A stretch of 25,673 nt of DNA from Candidatus Hydrogenedentota bacterium (lineage in GTDB: Bacteria; Hydrogenedentota; Hydrogenedentia; Hydrogenedentales; JAEUWI01): contig JAXMOL010000075.1 in the NCBI GenBank assembly GCA_034669905.1, forward strand, positions 1 through 25,673. Direction: 5' to 3'. Every line of letters begins with the position of its first letter. Position 1 is the first letter of the stretch. Positions 1 to 8,724 of this stretch are shown piece by piece. The notes under the pieces were generated by a model, which searched no databases, was not told where the DNA came from, and worked only from the letters and a program-made list of their open reading frames with translations. The position numbers and the translations under genes are program-made.

Positions 1-145
1 CATGCCAGACAAAATCGCCGAACACCCCGGGACAGTTGGCAGCGGTTGCCCGTTGCGGTGCCAGAAGTGATGCGAGCAAGGTCACGGCAAGGGAAAGCAC
101 GAGTCCCCTCCCGCTGAACAGCCCGCGTTGATTGCTTTTCTTCAT
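1..145 (-). CDS. N-terminus of an exported protein, probably with an SdrD B-like/Cna-B-type domain (partial, runs off the left edge)
   Basis: Not in the ORF track. Read by hand from ATG 145: MKKSNQRGLFSGRGLVLSLAVTLLASLLAPQRATAANCPGVFGDFVWH. It has an AAGGA RBS, a Sec signal ending ATA-A, and GDFVWH, which matches the GDxVWxD start of SdrD B-like repeats. Confidence 0.75.
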   Translation of the reverse strand, partial: MKKSNQRGLFSGRGLVLSLAVTLLASLLAPQRATAANCPGVFGDFVWH

Positions 146-215
146 TTCCCATTCCTTTTTGGTTGTTTCTGCTTCGCACAGCACTCCATAGAGTAAATCT
201 ATAGCGCTTCTTTAG

Positions 216-231
216 AGCAAGTTTCAGACCA
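216..231 (-). promoter_or_regulatory. Putative sigma54 (-24/-12) promoter
   Basis: Minus strand TGGTCTGAAACTTGCT has exact GG-N10-GC spacing with TTGCT, about 70 nt upstream of ATG 145. Confidence 0.6.
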
Positions 232-380
232 AGGAGCGGTGCGTATTTTCAGCAGGTGCTGGGGGATTTTTCGAAAGGCCTGCCTGCCCGAAATGCAGGA
301 GAAAATTGGGAAATCGGCCACGTATTCCTACGCTACGAAAAGGGGGTGGGGGATATAACCCTGTCGATTGATCCGGAAAG

Positions 381-396
381 AAGTTATCGGTAACTT
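381..396. promoter_or_regulatory. Palindromic operator-like site AAGTTA-N4-TAACTT
   Basis: Perfect 6-bp arms in an AT-rich intergenic region, flanked by a second inverted pair CGATTGA (365-371) and TCAATCG (403-409). Confidence 0.4.
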
Positions 397-443
397 TGTT
401 GTTCAATCGTGAGTACTATTTGCAGATTTCCGTCAATTTTATT

Positions 444-461
444 TGTAAATGGTAGTTTACA
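444..461. promoter_or_regulatory. Palindrome TGTAAA-N6-TTTACA, candidate enhancer-binding-protein site
   Basis: Perfect inverted repeat matching the TyrR/PhhR-box consensus, about 215 bp upstream of the sigma54-like element. Confidence 0.5.
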
Positions 462-621
462 TCAACAAAGTGTGCCAGTATGGAACGAGGTCGGTCTGGA
501 GACGGCGGAGTGACGGCTGCGTCACCCCTTCGAAGCTTGTCTGCTTGCGGGGCACGCGGTGGCGTGTTCCGGTAGATTCCTGAAGCTGCGCACAGGGATC
601 CATCGATTCCCATATAGCACG

Positions 622-2100
622 CTAGTTGGCGGCAACAAAATTTGCAAGAATGATGATGTTCTTGGTGAAGGTGCTGGCGTATATGGAGGGCGTTCCGGGT
701 GGAATCGTCCCCTGGCTTGTTTTTCTGGCAGGCTGGAGCCAGGCACCGGCCTTATTTTGTGCGGCCAGGACGCCCGCTGCTTTCTGGGCGAGTTCGGGCG
801 TTGCCTTGGCCGGTTGGGCGGGGTGTAAGAGGGTAGTGGGCTGCCAGTCTCCCTGCGTAGGGGCCGCGAGACGGTGATACTCGGCCGCGATGGCGTCGAG
901 TTGATTGCGCACCTTAAAGGCGTAATGGGTGGGCATGTCGGCGTCGCTGTAGGTTACTTCGTAGTCTTTGGTGAAATAGAGGGGGCGGTTGGTCTTGAAT
1001 TCGTAGAAGCGCGCCAGGCGGCCGTCGTCCAGGACGCAGGTCTTGTAGTATTCCAGGGCACGGGGCAGGGGCTCGAGGTATTTGCGATCGCCGGTCAGTG
1101 CGTACGCCCGGAGAAGGGTACGCATGACGCCCTGGGATTCACCGCCCGTGATTGATGGGGGTTCAAATTTGCGGGCCCAGGCGGGTTGCATCTGGGCGTT
1201 GTACTGCTGCGCCCAGCCGGGCTGAGGTTCGGGCATCTGGGCGAGGAGCATAAAGTCCGCGCCCCGCCGTGCGGAAGCGCGATAGGTGTCATCCTGATAA
1301 ACTTCGGCGGCCAGGAACATCAACTCAATCACGTCAGAAAGGGTATTGTCATTGAAGGTGTAGTAATCGATGTAGTTCACCTTGGGAAAGCTCTTCGACC
1401 ACGTCTCGGGGTAACTCGCCGCTTTGACAGGGTATTTGTCCGCATCGGGTGCGGCGGAAAAGCGTTGGGGCCAGGCGCCATTGGGATACTGGGCCTCCAT
1501 GAGTTTGCGTAGCGCGTACTCAACACCTTCGTGGAGGGCGGCATCCTTGAAATCCAGGGCGCGGTCCACGCGCATCAGGCAGCGTAGTGCCGCCTGGGTG
1601 GTGTTGTCATCCAGCGTGGTAATGTTACGGCCTTGCTTGTTTCCGTCTATACGGTAGGCGTACTTCGCTCGCTCCTTGGGGTCAAAGTCAATGCGGTAGT
1701 CCCAGCCGCCGGATTGCAGCTGGCCCCGGAGCAGGGCGTGTGCCGTTTCCTGAGCGGCCTCAAGGTAATAGGCGTCGCCCGTTAACTCATAGGCGGTCAG
1801 GTAGGCCAGTCCGACGGAAGGAGTTCCCGGCGGTTGCACCCAGACCGTGGTCGGTGTGGTAGGCTTTTCGCCTTCCCGCATGGTGAAATCGGCGGTGTAG
1901 ACCCAGAGGTAGCCCCCTTCCACGGAGACGACATGGCGAAAGTATTCAACCCCCTGGCGGAGCGCCTGAGCGGCTTCTTCCCGGGTTGGCTCGGCGGTGG
2001 AGGAAGCCGCGACGGTCATAAATCCTATGAGTGCAACGGCTAGCGCTCTCCGGATGGTGAAATGGAGCGAATGGGAAAAGGCAGGCGTTGATGCAGACAT
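622..2100 (-). CDS. pelA: Pectate lyase, PL10 (PelA/Pel-15E, pectic acid lyase) family, exported
   Basis: Signal peptide and GGGAG RBS. Motifs QLQSGGW, TTLDDNTT, AQYPNGAWPQ, TFNDN and WAQQY...PAWARKFEP are typical of PL10 alpha/alpha-toroid lyases. Confidence 0.8.
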   Translation of the reverse strand: MSASTPAFSHSLHFTIRRALAVALIGFMTVAASSTAEPTREEAAQALRQGVEYFRHVVSVEGGYLWVYTADFTMREGEKPTTPTTVWVQPPGTPSVGLAYLTAYELTGDAYYLEAAQETAHALLRGQLQSGGWDYRIDFDPKERAKYAYRIDGNKQGRNITTLDDNTTQAALRCLMRVDRALDFKDAALHEGVEYALRKLMEAQYPNGAWPQRFSAAPDADKYPVKAASYPETWSKSFPKVNYIDYYTFNDNTLSDVIELMFLAAEVYQDDTYRASARRGADFMLLAQMPEPQPGWAQQYNAQMQPAWARKFEPPSITGGESQGVMRTLLRAYALTGDRKYLEPLPRALEYYKTCVLDDGRLARFYEFKTNRPLYFTKDYEVTYSDADMPTHYAFKVRNQLDAIAAEYHRLAAPTQGDWQPTTLLHPAQPAKATPELAQKAAGVLAAQNKAGAWLQPARKTSQGTIPPGTPSIYASTFTKNIIILANFVAAN

Positions 2101-2285
2101 TGAATTCTCCCGTAGTCGGAAAGATAATGAGTAAAGGCGCCGAGGGAGTCATTGGAGCAGCCCCGAGTGGTGCCCGCTATTGAAGCAAATAGCTTGGCGT
2201 AGGTCAAGGGCGGCGGGCAGGGCGGCGCACGAAGCGTTGGAGGTGGAGAGCGAAGACGTGCGCATGGTATGGGGTAGGGCCAGAT

Positions 2286-2927
2286 ATGGAAAGCAATCTC
2301 ACATTCGGCGGACTAGCCACCTTGTTCGGAACCATGGTGCTCTTGGCGGCCCTGCCGGGGGTAACGGTGGTGCTGGTTACGACCCGTTCTGCGACGCTGG
2401 GCTTCCTTCATGGCGTGGTTACAACGTTGGGGCTCGTTGCGGGCGATACCATTTTTATACTCGTTGCTGTCTTTGGCCTTTCTGCCCTGGGGGCCTTGTG
2501 GGAGCCGGTGCTCTCCATCCTGGCCTGTGCCAGTGGCGTCTACCTCATTTTTCTCGGCATCGTGCTGTGGCGCACGCCTCCGCAGATGGGGCGTGCGACA
2601 TCGTCAGCGGGGGCGTCCCTGTGGTCGAGTTTCCTGGCCGGGCTCCTGATTACCCTCGGTGATCAGAAGGCCATCCTTTTCTATCTGGGCCTGCTCCCGG
2701 CCGTGGCCGATATGAACCGGCTCACCGGGTTGGACGTCGTTCTGCTTGTCGGATGTGCCGTCGTGGCCCTGTTGGGGGTGAAACTGGCCTATGCGTGGCT
2801 GGGAAATCGTGCGGCAGTGCTGGCGGGCGGACGAGGGGCTGCTCTGTTGGGCCGTGTGGCCGTCGCATTGATGGTGGGTGTGGGGATTACCGTGCTTTTA
2901 CGCGAAGTGTATGCCATGCTATTGTGA
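2286..2927 (+). CDS. LysE/RhtB family translocator
   Basis: Hydrophobic 213 aa protein with LPG, GLVAGD, YLIFLG and FLAGLLITLGDQKAILFY (variant of NPK..LFF). Confidence 0.9.
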   Translation: MESNLTFGGLATLFGTMVLLAALPGVTVVLVTTRSATLGFLHGVVTTLGLVAGDTIFILVAVFGLSALGALWEPVLSILACASGVYLIFLGIVLWRTPPQMGRATSSAGASLWSSFLAGLLITLGDQKAILFYLGLLPAVADMNRLTGLDVVLLVGCAVVALLGVKLAYAWLGNRAAVLAGGRGAALLGRVAVALMVGVGITVLLREVYAMLL

Positions 2928-2988
2928 TAGGCCACTTGGTATTATGGCGGAGATATAGAAAGCGCGGCACAACACGGGAGCACCGGAC

Positions 2989-3519
2989 ATGAGTATACGT
3001 ATTGAGAAGGCTATAGTAACGCTACTGATTCTTGTGGGTATGGGCTGTTCGCCTGAGGAAAGGCCGGTCGGAGACCTCTTGCCAACCGACGTGGTAGAAG
3101 AGGCCATTACCCTGGAATACCATGCCCGACATGAGGAAGCCCTGGCCCTGTTGACAGAAGGCACGGCGCCCGCTACTCCGGCACCGGAACCTCTCGCGTG
3201 CCTTGCCGTCGACGAAAAGGGATTTCGCGCTACCACCGGTGCGGCGTTGGATGCCCTGACAGCGGAGAACAAAGGTGCGGAACGGGCAGCGGCGAAGCTC
3301 GCCCGGGCGGCGATTGCCGCGGCGGGTGAGTTGCGGGCAAACGGAGACGCCGCAACGGCGGACGCCTGGTTGGCGCGACTGGAAGCCTTTGGGAATACCC
3401 TCAGCACGAAGAAATACAACGCGTTTCTGAATCTTCGTGGCGATGCCATTGTGCGCGATGCGGGAAAATCAGAAACGGCTACTCCTGCCGCCGGGAGTGG
3501 CAGACGGGGCGGGTCCTGA
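2989..3519 (+). CDS. Hypothetical lipoprotein, Ala-rich, probably helical
   Basis: GGAG RBS, N-terminal hydrophobic stretch ending LVGMGC (lipobox-like), possible extended -10 TGGTATTAT at 2937-2945. Confidence 0.7.
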   Translation: MSIRIEKAIVTLLILVGMGCSPEERPVGDLLPTDVVEEAITLEYHARHEEALALLTEGTAPATPAPEPLACLAVDEKGFRATTGAALDALTAENKGAERAAAKLARAAIAAAGELRANGDAATADAWLARLEAFGNTLSTKKYNAFLNLRGDAIVRDAGKSETATPAAGSGRRGGS

Positions 3520-3618
3520 GTTTTATCCGTTCGGTGGTGCTGCGCTCAAGAGAGTCCGGAGGACGGAGCGAATCGCCCGACACTCCATACATGACATCGC
3601 GGCTTGTTGTTCTCCGTT

Positions 3619-4338
3619 TCAATAAACATTGGGCGTCAACCGATGGCCACATCCCGAGGGTGCTGGCGTTGGGTTCTCGTCGCGCGCGTTGGGCGTTCCG
3701 AGCCAGATCGCTTCAAGCAATACAGTGCCGTCCGCTTCCACCGTGATGGTGCCGTCCCCATCGAAGTCACTGGGAATGTAATTGCCCCCGTCGATAGTCA
3801 TTTCCAGCCTTCCGGTGTCGTGGTCATAGGTGTAGGTGCCCCAGTAGTCGCGGTAGACTTCGAAGGGGTGCCAGGTGACGGAAAATTTCCCGGCGGGCGT
3901 GAAGATGATTTCGTTGATACCCTCTTCCGGCGAGGACTCTATCTCCGTGTCACAATCGAATTGACTTATCTCCCGCCAGATATTAACGAGCGGAGCCACG
4001 TTCGGATCATAGATGTAGAGGGTGGCGCGGTGGGTGCCGCCATGAACCGTGACGATAGTGCCATGCGGCACCTCGGCGTCGACCGTCAACTGCCCGGTGG
4101 TGGGATGAATCGTTATGCCTGGGATGGGGGGCGTAATCGTCCAGACCGCAGCGTTCGGCACGGGAAGGATGAAGTAACAACATCCGCCCACACCAATGTG
4201 CAGTTGTTGGGAACTCCCCGGCGTGAGATAGAGTTCCCCTTCCAATCCGCCCTCGACGATGAGGCAACCAGGTAAGAGCGTAAGTACAAGCAGGAGGGGC
4301 AGCGAGAAGGTGGGCCTGAGGGAATATTTCGGATACAT
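3619..4338 (-). CDS. Hypothetical beta-rich lipoprotein (239 aa)
   Basis: Start moved to ATG 4338 (AAGGA RBS; MYPKYSLRPTFSLPLLLVLTLLPGC lipobox). The longer track ORF would overlap the divergent sulfatase. Confidence 0.75.
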   Translation of the reverse strand: MYPKYSLRPTFSLPLLLVLTLLPGCLIVEGGLEGELYLTPGSSQQLHIGVGGCCYFILPVPNAAVWTITPPIPGITIHPTTGQLTVDAEVPHGTIVTVHGGTHRATLYIYDPNVAPLVNIWREISQFDCDTEIESSPEEGINEIIFTPAGKFSVTWHPFEVYRDYWGTYTYDHDTGRLEMTIDGGNYIPSDFDGDGTITVEADGTVLLEAIWLGTPNARDENPTPAPSGCGHRLTPNVY

Positions 4339-4465
4339 TGAATTGTGGTCCTTGTTAATACACACTGTACGCAATACATCCCAACCGCCATTGCATTGAT
4401 ACCAGTGGTGGGTCAAAGCGTTACAGGACGTGTGGGTTGGTGCTGGCCATAGAGGGACTCTACCT

Positions 4466-6043
4466 ATGAATCGGGTTGTGTTGTTTATACTCGCGGTTTT
4501 TCTGTTTACGGGAGTGCCCCAGGGGGCAGGGGCAGAAACACCGCCGACCCGTCCCAACATTGTCCTCATCATGGCGGATGACATGGGGTATTCCGATGTG
4601 GGCTGCTACGGGGGCGAAATCGAGACACCCCACATCGATAGCCTCGCAGCCGAGGGGATTCGTTTCCGAGAGTTCTACAACGCGGCGGTGTGCGGCACCA
4701 CGCGCGCCTCACTCATGACGGGGCTCTACCACCATCAGGTGGGGGTGCGGACCTGGAATGGGGTACGGAACGACCGTTGTCTGAATATCGGCGAAGCCCT
4801 CCAGGCGGCGGGGTATCACACCATGATGGTGGGGAAGTGGACCGACACGAAGTCGCCCAGTTTTAAGGGATTTGACCGCTCTTTTGGCTCGTTGGCCAAC
4901 CTGGGGCCCACCAACTATTTTAAGATGAATCGTACTGATGAGCATTTTCTGGACAAGGAAGTTTACACCTTGCCGGAGGAGGGATATTTTAAGACGGACG
5001 CCTATACGGATTACGCCATCGAGTTTATCGAGGAGGCTGCTTCCGTTGACAAGCCCTTCTTTCTTTACGTGGCCTACATCGCACCCCACTGGCCCCTCCA
5101 CGCGAAGGAGCAAGACATTGCGAAATACCGGGATCGCTATCGCCAGCTGGGTTGGGACCAGTGTCGTGCGGACCGCTATAAACGGCTCGGAGAACTGGGA
5201 CTGTTGGGCGATACGACCCAGGCGCCCCGTGACCGCGCCGTAGCTCCCTGGGAAGATGCGCCCCACAAAGACTGGGAAGCGGAGCGGATGGCCGTCTATG
5301 CGGCCCAGATCGATTGCATGGATCAGAATATTGGACGCATACTCGCCGCCCTCAAGGAAACGGGCCGGGAAGACAACACGGTCATCATGTTTCTTTCTGA
5401 CAATGGCGCGACGGAGCGTTATCCGAAAGCCACGAAGGAAGGGAACTTCTACCTGGATAAGTCCGATAGGACCTGGCGTACGGACGGGACGCGGACCAAG
5501 CCCCTGGTGCCGGGCGTCATGCCCGGACCGGCCGATACCTTTGGCGGTTACGGACCCGAGTGGGCGCACGTGAGTAATACGCCCGTGCGGGGCTACAAGC
5601 AGAGCAGTTACGAGGGCGGAATCCTCACGCCCTTCATCGTGAAGTGGCCGGGTAATATGACAAATCCCGGTGACGTGGTACAGGGCGGTGGCCATGTGAT
5701 GGATGTGATGCCGACTTGCCTGGAAATTGCAGGCGCGACGTACCCGGAGCGTTTTAAGGGCCGCGACATTCTTCCTGTTGAAGGGAAGAGTCTGGTACCC
5801 ATTTTCGAAGGCAGGGAATGGGAAGGTCACGAGGCCCTCTTCTGGGAACTGAATGGAGACCGGGGCGTGCGTCGGGGCGACTGGAAACTGGTCGGGCGCA
5901 AAGGGAAACCCTGGGAGCTCTATAATCTCGCCGTGGACCGGGCAGAGCAGCAGGACCGTGCGGAAACCCAACCCGACTTGGTGGAGGAGATGGCCGCGTT
6001 GTATCGCGCGTGGTCCATTCGTTGTAATGAAGGACGGCCCTAG
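4466..6043 (+). CDS. Arylsulfatase-like protein (S1 family, AtsA-like) with atypical motifs
   Basis: ATG 4466 after GAGG, signal peptide. Motifs RPNIVLIMADDMGYSD, CGTTRASLMTG, APHWPLHA, FLSDNG, K..YEGG and ELYNL. Confidence 0.9.
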   Translation: MNRVVLFILAVFLFTGVPQGAGAETPPTRPNIVLIMADDMGYSDVGCYGGEIETPHIDSLAAEGIRFREFYNAAVCGTTRASLMTGLYHHQVGVRTWNGVRNDRCLNIGEALQAAGYHTMMVGKWTDTKSPSFKGFDRSFGSLANLGPTNYFKMNRTDEHFLDKEVYTLPEEGYFKTDAYTDYAIEFIEEAASVDKPFFLYVAYIAPHWPLHAKEQDIAKYRDRYRQLGWDQCRADRYKRLGELGLLGDTTQAPRDRAVAPWEDAPHKDWEAERMAVYAAQIDCMDQNIGRILAALKETGREDNTVIMFLSDNGATERYPKATKEGNFYLDKSDRTWRTDGTRTKPLVPGVMPGPADTFGGYGPEWAHVSNTPVRGYKQSSYEGGILTPFIVKWPGNMTNPGDVVQGGGHVMDVMPTCLEIAGATYPERFKGRDILPVEGKSLVPIFEGREWEGHEALFWELNGDRGVRRGDWKLVGRKGKPWELYNLAVDRAEQQDRAETQPDLVEEMAALYRAWSIRCNEGRP

Positions 6044-6087
6044 CGCGTGGCCCTGTGACGATCGGTAGCCCTAACCAGGAACTCATC

Positions 6088-7596
6088 ATGCGACAAATGA
6101 ATCTTCTACTCATTGCACTGACTTCACTTGTGTGCTTACCCACGTGGGCGATTGCCGAGGAGCCTGTCCGAATTGGCTCCCAGCGAGAACTCTTTGTGGA
6201 TGATTCCATGGCGGAAGCGATCACCGGCGGGGCGTCCATCCGCCTTCATGCCCCGGTGCAGCGGGAAGTGGCTATCACCTACGACAAGCCGTGGGAGGGC
6301 AACGCCAGCGGCTACACGACGGTATTCCAGGACGGGGATATCTACCGTATGTACTATCGGGGCCACAAGTACATCACGACCGACAAGCCGCTCCGCCAGG
6401 CCCAGAGCGAGACGGTGTGCTATGCCGAGAGTGCGGACGGTATCCATTGGACGAAGCCCATCTTGAATCTACACCCCTGGGAGGGCTCCACAGAAAACAA
6501 CATCATCTGGATGGGAACACCGGAAGCCCACAATTTCGCCCCCTTTAAGGATAGCAATCCCGCGTGCGCACCCGATGCACAATACAAGGCCATCGGCGGC
6601 ACCGTGACGAGTAAGGGCCTCTGGACCTTCCAATCCGCCGACGGAATTCACTGGTCGCGCTTGAGTGAAGGTCCCGTGGTGACCAAGGGGGCCTTTGATT
6701 CCCACAACACCTGTTTCTGGGATGATGGGGAAAAACGATATGTCATGTATGTGCGCTACTTTTCCGAAGGAGAGTTCAAAGGGCTCCGCTCCATCGGCGT
6801 ATCCTACTCCACCGATTTTGTGACGTGGACCGAGCCCGTGGGGATTTCCTATCCCGGCTCGCCGCCCCAACAGATGTACACCAATCAAATCGCGCCCTAT
6901 TATCGCGCGCCCCACATTTACATGGGCTTTCCAACGCGCTACGTGGCCCGCACCTTGAATCCCCACGGTGCCACCATCGACCCGGTGGCATTGCGTGACC
7001 AATTGACGGAAGTCTACGAGCGATGTGGTACTGATCTGACCGACGGGGTCTTCATGAGCAGTCGGGATGGCAAGGCCTTCAAGCGGTGGGACGAAGCCTT
7101 CCTGCGTCCGGGTCCTCAAAAGGAGGGGCGCTGGATCTATGGCGACAACTACCAGGCCTACGGATTGTGGGAGACAGATTCCGACGTGGCGGTGGGTACG
7201 AAAGAGATCTCAATGCTCTTCACCGAACACGCCTGGGTCGACGAGACCCATCGGGGACGGCGCTATACCATTCGATTGGACGGGTTCACCTCGTTGCACG
7301 CGCCCTATTCGGGCGGTGAGTTTCTCAGTAAGCCGCTCATTTTCCAGGGCAATAAGCTTTCCGTAAACTATGCCACCTCGGCGGCGGGCAATCTCCATGT
7401 AGAAATCCAGGATGCCGAAGGCACGCCGATAGAAGGATTTCGGCTGGATGAAAGCACCGAGCACTATGGGGATAGCACGGAGCAGACCATCTCGTGGACG
7501 TCGGGAAGTGACGTTACCTCCATTGCGGGAACGCCCGTACGCTTGTTCTTCGTCCTGAAAGATGCCGACCTCTATTCCTTCCAGTTTCAGGAGTAG
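6088..7596 (+). CDS. Exported five-bladed beta-propeller glycosidase-like protein (GH32/43/130-like fold) with C-terminal beta domain
   Basis: ATG 6088 after AGGA, signal peptide. RELFVDD, YRMYY, repeated Asp-box-like S.DGIHW/STDFVTW/SRDGKAF, FDSHN, C-terminal RLDGF...DADLYSFQF. Confidence 0.7.
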   Translation: MRQMNLLLIALTSLVCLPTWAIAEEPVRIGSQRELFVDDSMAEAITGGASIRLHAPVQREVAITYDKPWEGNASGYTTVFQDGDIYRMYYRGHKYITTDKPLRQAQSETVCYAESADGIHWTKPILNLHPWEGSTENNIIWMGTPEAHNFAPFKDSNPACAPDAQYKAIGGTVTSKGLWTFQSADGIHWSRLSEGPVVTKGAFDSHNTCFWDDGEKRYVMYVRYFSEGEFKGLRSIGVSYSTDFVTWTEPVGISYPGSPPQQMYTNQIAPYYRAPHIYMGFPTRYVARTLNPHGATIDPVALRDQLTEVYERCGTDLTDGVFMSSRDGKAFKRWDEAFLRPGPQKEGRWIYGDNYQAYGLWETDSDVAVGTKEISMLFTEHAWVDETHRGRRYTIRLDGFTSLHAPYSGGEFLSKPLIFQGNKLSVNYATSAAGNLHVEIQDAEGTPIEGFRLDESTEHYGDSTEQTISWTSGSDVTSIAGTPVRLFFVLKDADLYSFQFQE

Positions 7597-7600
7597 GGGG
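7578..7600 (+). repeat. 23-bp direct repeat, copy 1 (CTTCCAGTTTCAGGAGTAGGGGG)
   Basis: Identical to 8701-8723. It contains the last five codons and the stop of the 6088-7596 gene. Confidence 0.95.
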
Positions 7601-8700
7601 TGCTCCGTGATTGGAAGATTTCAGACTAAGTCCTGAAACAAATAGGGCGAGAGAGGTATAGATTGGGAGGTGACTAAGTGAAACCAGACAGTGCATGAAA
7701 GAACGGGATTGGACGATTCTACATGTCATTCTTGCGATTAAGAACGGGAAAAAGGCGTCCGTTGCGTTTCGTATTAGCGTTGGTGGCCTTGGTACTCTCC
7801 CTATGCGGTAGAGAAACGATGGCCATGAATGATACGAATGCGTTCGTCGGGGAGGGGCTATTCCCCGTGCTGCGAGATACAACTCTTGTTTTGGAGGAGG
7901 AGGTTGTAGCCGTCCTGCTATCCTCAAAGGGGCTGAAGGTAACCCGGCGCTACCAGGTTATGCATTCGGGGGACACGTCAGAGACCGTAGAACTTGGCGT
8001 TGTGTGTCTGCCCGCATATTTACTGTCTGGCGAGCCTGTCGAAGAACGGTATAAACGGCGCCTCGAAGGTGCGAAAGTTTCGGTAGATGGAATTCCGAAG
8101 GAAGGCGTGCACCGGATTGACCGATTGGTCGATGCCGGGACGCACGTCGTCGTCAGTGCAAAGACCATGGCGGAACTGGAGGATTGTGCCGAAAGCAACG
8201 ACGGTGATATTTGCGGCCACGCATGGCTGGCGTTTTCTGCCCAGTTCAAGCCAAGGCAGGTCCGTACGGTCGAAGTTACCTGGACTGCCGCGCCTTCTCC
8301 GTACCGTTTCGTCGACTCGGCACTCGATTCTCTAAGTTTTTACTCGGAAAAATTCTTTCGGGGCGATTCTGTCCCCCGTATCGAACTTCACTTTGCCGTG
8401 GAGGGTGTGGAGCTTGCGGAGAATGTGTTTAACGTTAACGTTGAACCGATTAAGCACCCGGGATTGGTGCAAGAATATCGTGCCGGAAGATTCACATGGT
8501 GTATTCAGAATTATGTGCCTGTTAAAGAGGACTATCGGTATAGGGACCGAATGTATCGTCACGACACGTTGGATCAAGAAGCGATTGAACGGGCCTATCG
8601 CTCTATAGTTTCGCCGAGTGCCACCGGAGAAGAGTGATTTTCGAATCGTTGTTGCCCAGATTGGGAAGCGGACCTCATTTATCGTGCTGGCAGAGAGGTG
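7601..8700 (+). mobile_element. Putative inserted single-gene cassette (1100 bp) between 23-bp direct repeats
   Basis: Bounded exactly by the repeats, visibly more A/T-ending codons than the neighbours, and no mobility gene inside. Confidence 0.6.
7723..8637 (+). CDS. Exported hypothetical protein, DUF4424-like
   Basis: Signal-like N-terminus followed by NDT..F.GEGL, LVLEEEVV..., V...Y...S.D....V.LG and F.AQFKP.Q.RTVEV.W, which resembles DUF4424. The exact start is uncertain. Confidence 0.65.
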   Translation: MSFLRLRTGKRRPLRFVLALVALVLSLCGRETMAMNDTNAFVGEGLFPVLRDTTLVLEEEVVAVLLSSKGLKVTRRYQVMHSGDTSETVELGVVCLPAYLLSGEPVEERYKRRLEGAKVSVDGIPKEGVHRIDRLVDAGTHVVVSAKTMAELEDCAESNDGDICGHAWLAFSAQFKPRQVRTVEVTWTAAPSPYRFVDSALDSLSFYSEKFFRGDSVPRIELHFAVEGVELAENVFNVNVEPIKHPGLVQEYRAGRFTWCIQNYVPVKEDYRYRDRMYRHDTLDQEAIERAYRSIVSPSATGEE

Positions 8701-8723
8701 CTTCCAGTTTCAGGAGTAGGGGG
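8701..8723 (+). repeat. 23-bp direct repeat, copy 2
   Basis: Identical to 7578-7600. One base separates it from the stop codon of the convergent gene at 8725. Confidence 0.95.
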
Positions 8724-8724
8724 C

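Noticed and set aside
460..478. TGGCAC on the minus strand as a second sigma54 promoter
   Set aside because: GG-N10 is followed by TG rather than GC, so the spacing fails.
549..570. Hairpin downstream of the pectate lyase as a terminator
   Set aside because: It pairs better on the non-coding strand and has no U-tract.
4709..5971. 420-aa antisense ORF (similarly 14264-15850, 12868-13827, 20458-21309, 22877-23962, 24452-25531, 3604-4275)
   Set aside because: These are antisense shadows of well-supported genes, expected in GC-rich DNA, and have no recognisable motifs.
8665..8676. GAAGCGGACCTC resembles GATGCCGACCTC (7561-7572), suggesting a longer original duplication
   Set aside because: Only 10 of 12 bases match and a 19-nt insertion would be needed, so it is compatible with chance.
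7578..8723. Integron cassette or IS interpretation of the repeat-flanked gene
   Set aside because: I saw no attC (RYYYAAC...GTTRRRY), terminal inverted repeats, transposase or intI.
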